Assembly (NCBI RefSeq): GCF_001194135.2
Contig: NC_068997.1
Span: forward strand, 9,074,262-9,138,261
Reading direction: 5' to 3'
DNA from: Octopus bimaculoides
Lineage: Eukaryota
Length of the DNA stretch: 64,000 nt
Below, piece by piece: positions 63,115-64,000 of this stretch. The notes beneath the pieces are model-generated. The model worked only from the letters and a program-made list of their open reading frames with translations. It had not been told where the DNA came from and did no database searches. Both the position numbers and the translations under genes were made by a program. Each line of letters starts with the position of its first letter. The first letter of the stretch is position 1.

Positions 63115-63143
63115 ATAAGTGTGAGTGTGTATATATGTGTGTA

Positions 63144-63220
<77 letters not shown>

Positions 63221-63299
63221 ATATGTATTTTTATATAGGTGTATATATATATTTATATATGTATATACTTATATATGTGTATGTATATGTGTGTGTGTG

Positions 63300-63342
<43 letters not shown>

Positions 63343-63365
63343 TTATATATATATATATATATATA
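63115..63365. repeat. (TA)n/(TG)n compound microsatellite directly upstream of the last BANP exon
   Basis: Directly visible; a similar tract spans 63685-64000. Confidence 0.97.
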
Positions 63366-63381
63366 CTGTTTCTTTTGCTAG

Positions 63382-63603
63382 CAACTTCAAAGTGCTGAAA
63401 ACCAAGAAGGTGTCCAAGTTGTTTCAATGGGTACCCCTGACAGAGTTCATGTTGCCACAGTGACAACAGAAAATGGAGAGATAGTTCACATTCACCAGGC
63501 TCGTTCGTTGGCAAATGTAGGTGCATCGACGGCAACAACAGCAGCAACACCAACAATAACAACAACAACAACAACAACGGATGGTAGCCAAACCAATGTA
63601 TAG
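63382..63603 (+). CDS. BANP: BANP putative terminal coding exon
   Basis: TTTTGCTAG| acceptor; [39 protein letters not shown]...[14 protein letters not shown]; TAG at 63601 in frame. An internal donor AAT|GTAGGT (63517) is possible, and an N gap upstream could hide an exon. Confidence 0.7.
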   Translation, partial: QLQSAENQEGVQVVSMGTPDRVHVATVTTENGEIVHIHQARSLANVGASTATTAATPTITTTTTTTDGSQTNV

Positions 63604-63836
63604 CAGGTATCCAAGCCTTGACATCTACTCTTCTAGTTGTGTCTATGGCTGACAGCTCTTCTACTTTGGTGAAATAGCAAAATTACTATATATATATATA
63701 TATATGAAACATATATATAACATATGTATACCCGAGTAAACACATAAATGTGAAACAAGGTGGGAAAAAATAGTACTTGGAAACCAGAAGTAGAGTGATA
63801 TGTGTGTGTATATATATATATGTATATATATATACG

Positions 63837-63880
<44 letters not shown>

Positions 63881-63951
63881 TATATATTTTATTTATATAT
63901 ATACATATATATGTATATTATTCATATATATATATACATATATATTTGTAT

Positions 63952-64000
<49 letters not shown>

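Noticed and set aside
63082-63881. YI/CV-rich ORFs
   Set aside because: Translations of dinucleotide microsatellites.

Overview
AT-rich metazoan genomic DNA from a draft assembly with N gaps, dense (TA)n/(ATT)n/(GAT)n microsatellites and cephalopod-type SINEs. It is most likely Octopus (inferred from repeat content, not verified). Two spliced genes lie head-to-head around a CpG-retaining region at about 35.2-36.9 kb. (1) Minus strand: a KDELC1/POGLUT2-3-like ER protein O-glucosyltransferase with 7 phase-consistent coding exons (35219 to 2003, 468 codons). Intron 3 uses a GC donor, and the last exon(s) are not in the window. (2) Plus strand: BANP/SMAR1, a BEN-domain transcription factor, with 12 phase-consistent coding exons (46417 to 63603, 544 aa if the 24-nt microexon and the last exon are used as modelled). 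The introns hold three tRNA-headed SINE families, RTE, Tx1 and CR1-like LINE remnants, hAT and TTAA-type MITEs, mariner remnants, a Helitron Rep remnant and Penelope-like ends. The strongest leads are: an apparently young RTE family whose 3' UTR carries a modular array of structured 48/67-nt units with partial HDV-ribozyme-like topology; a degenerate minimal hammerhead ribozyme in a Penelope-like end; a twin-primed (5'-inverted) RTE insertion; and a triplicated splice acceptor in the KDELC1-like gene. All translation, alignment and folding was done by eye, homologue sequences were recalled from memory, and repeat boundaries are approximate unless a TSD is quoted.
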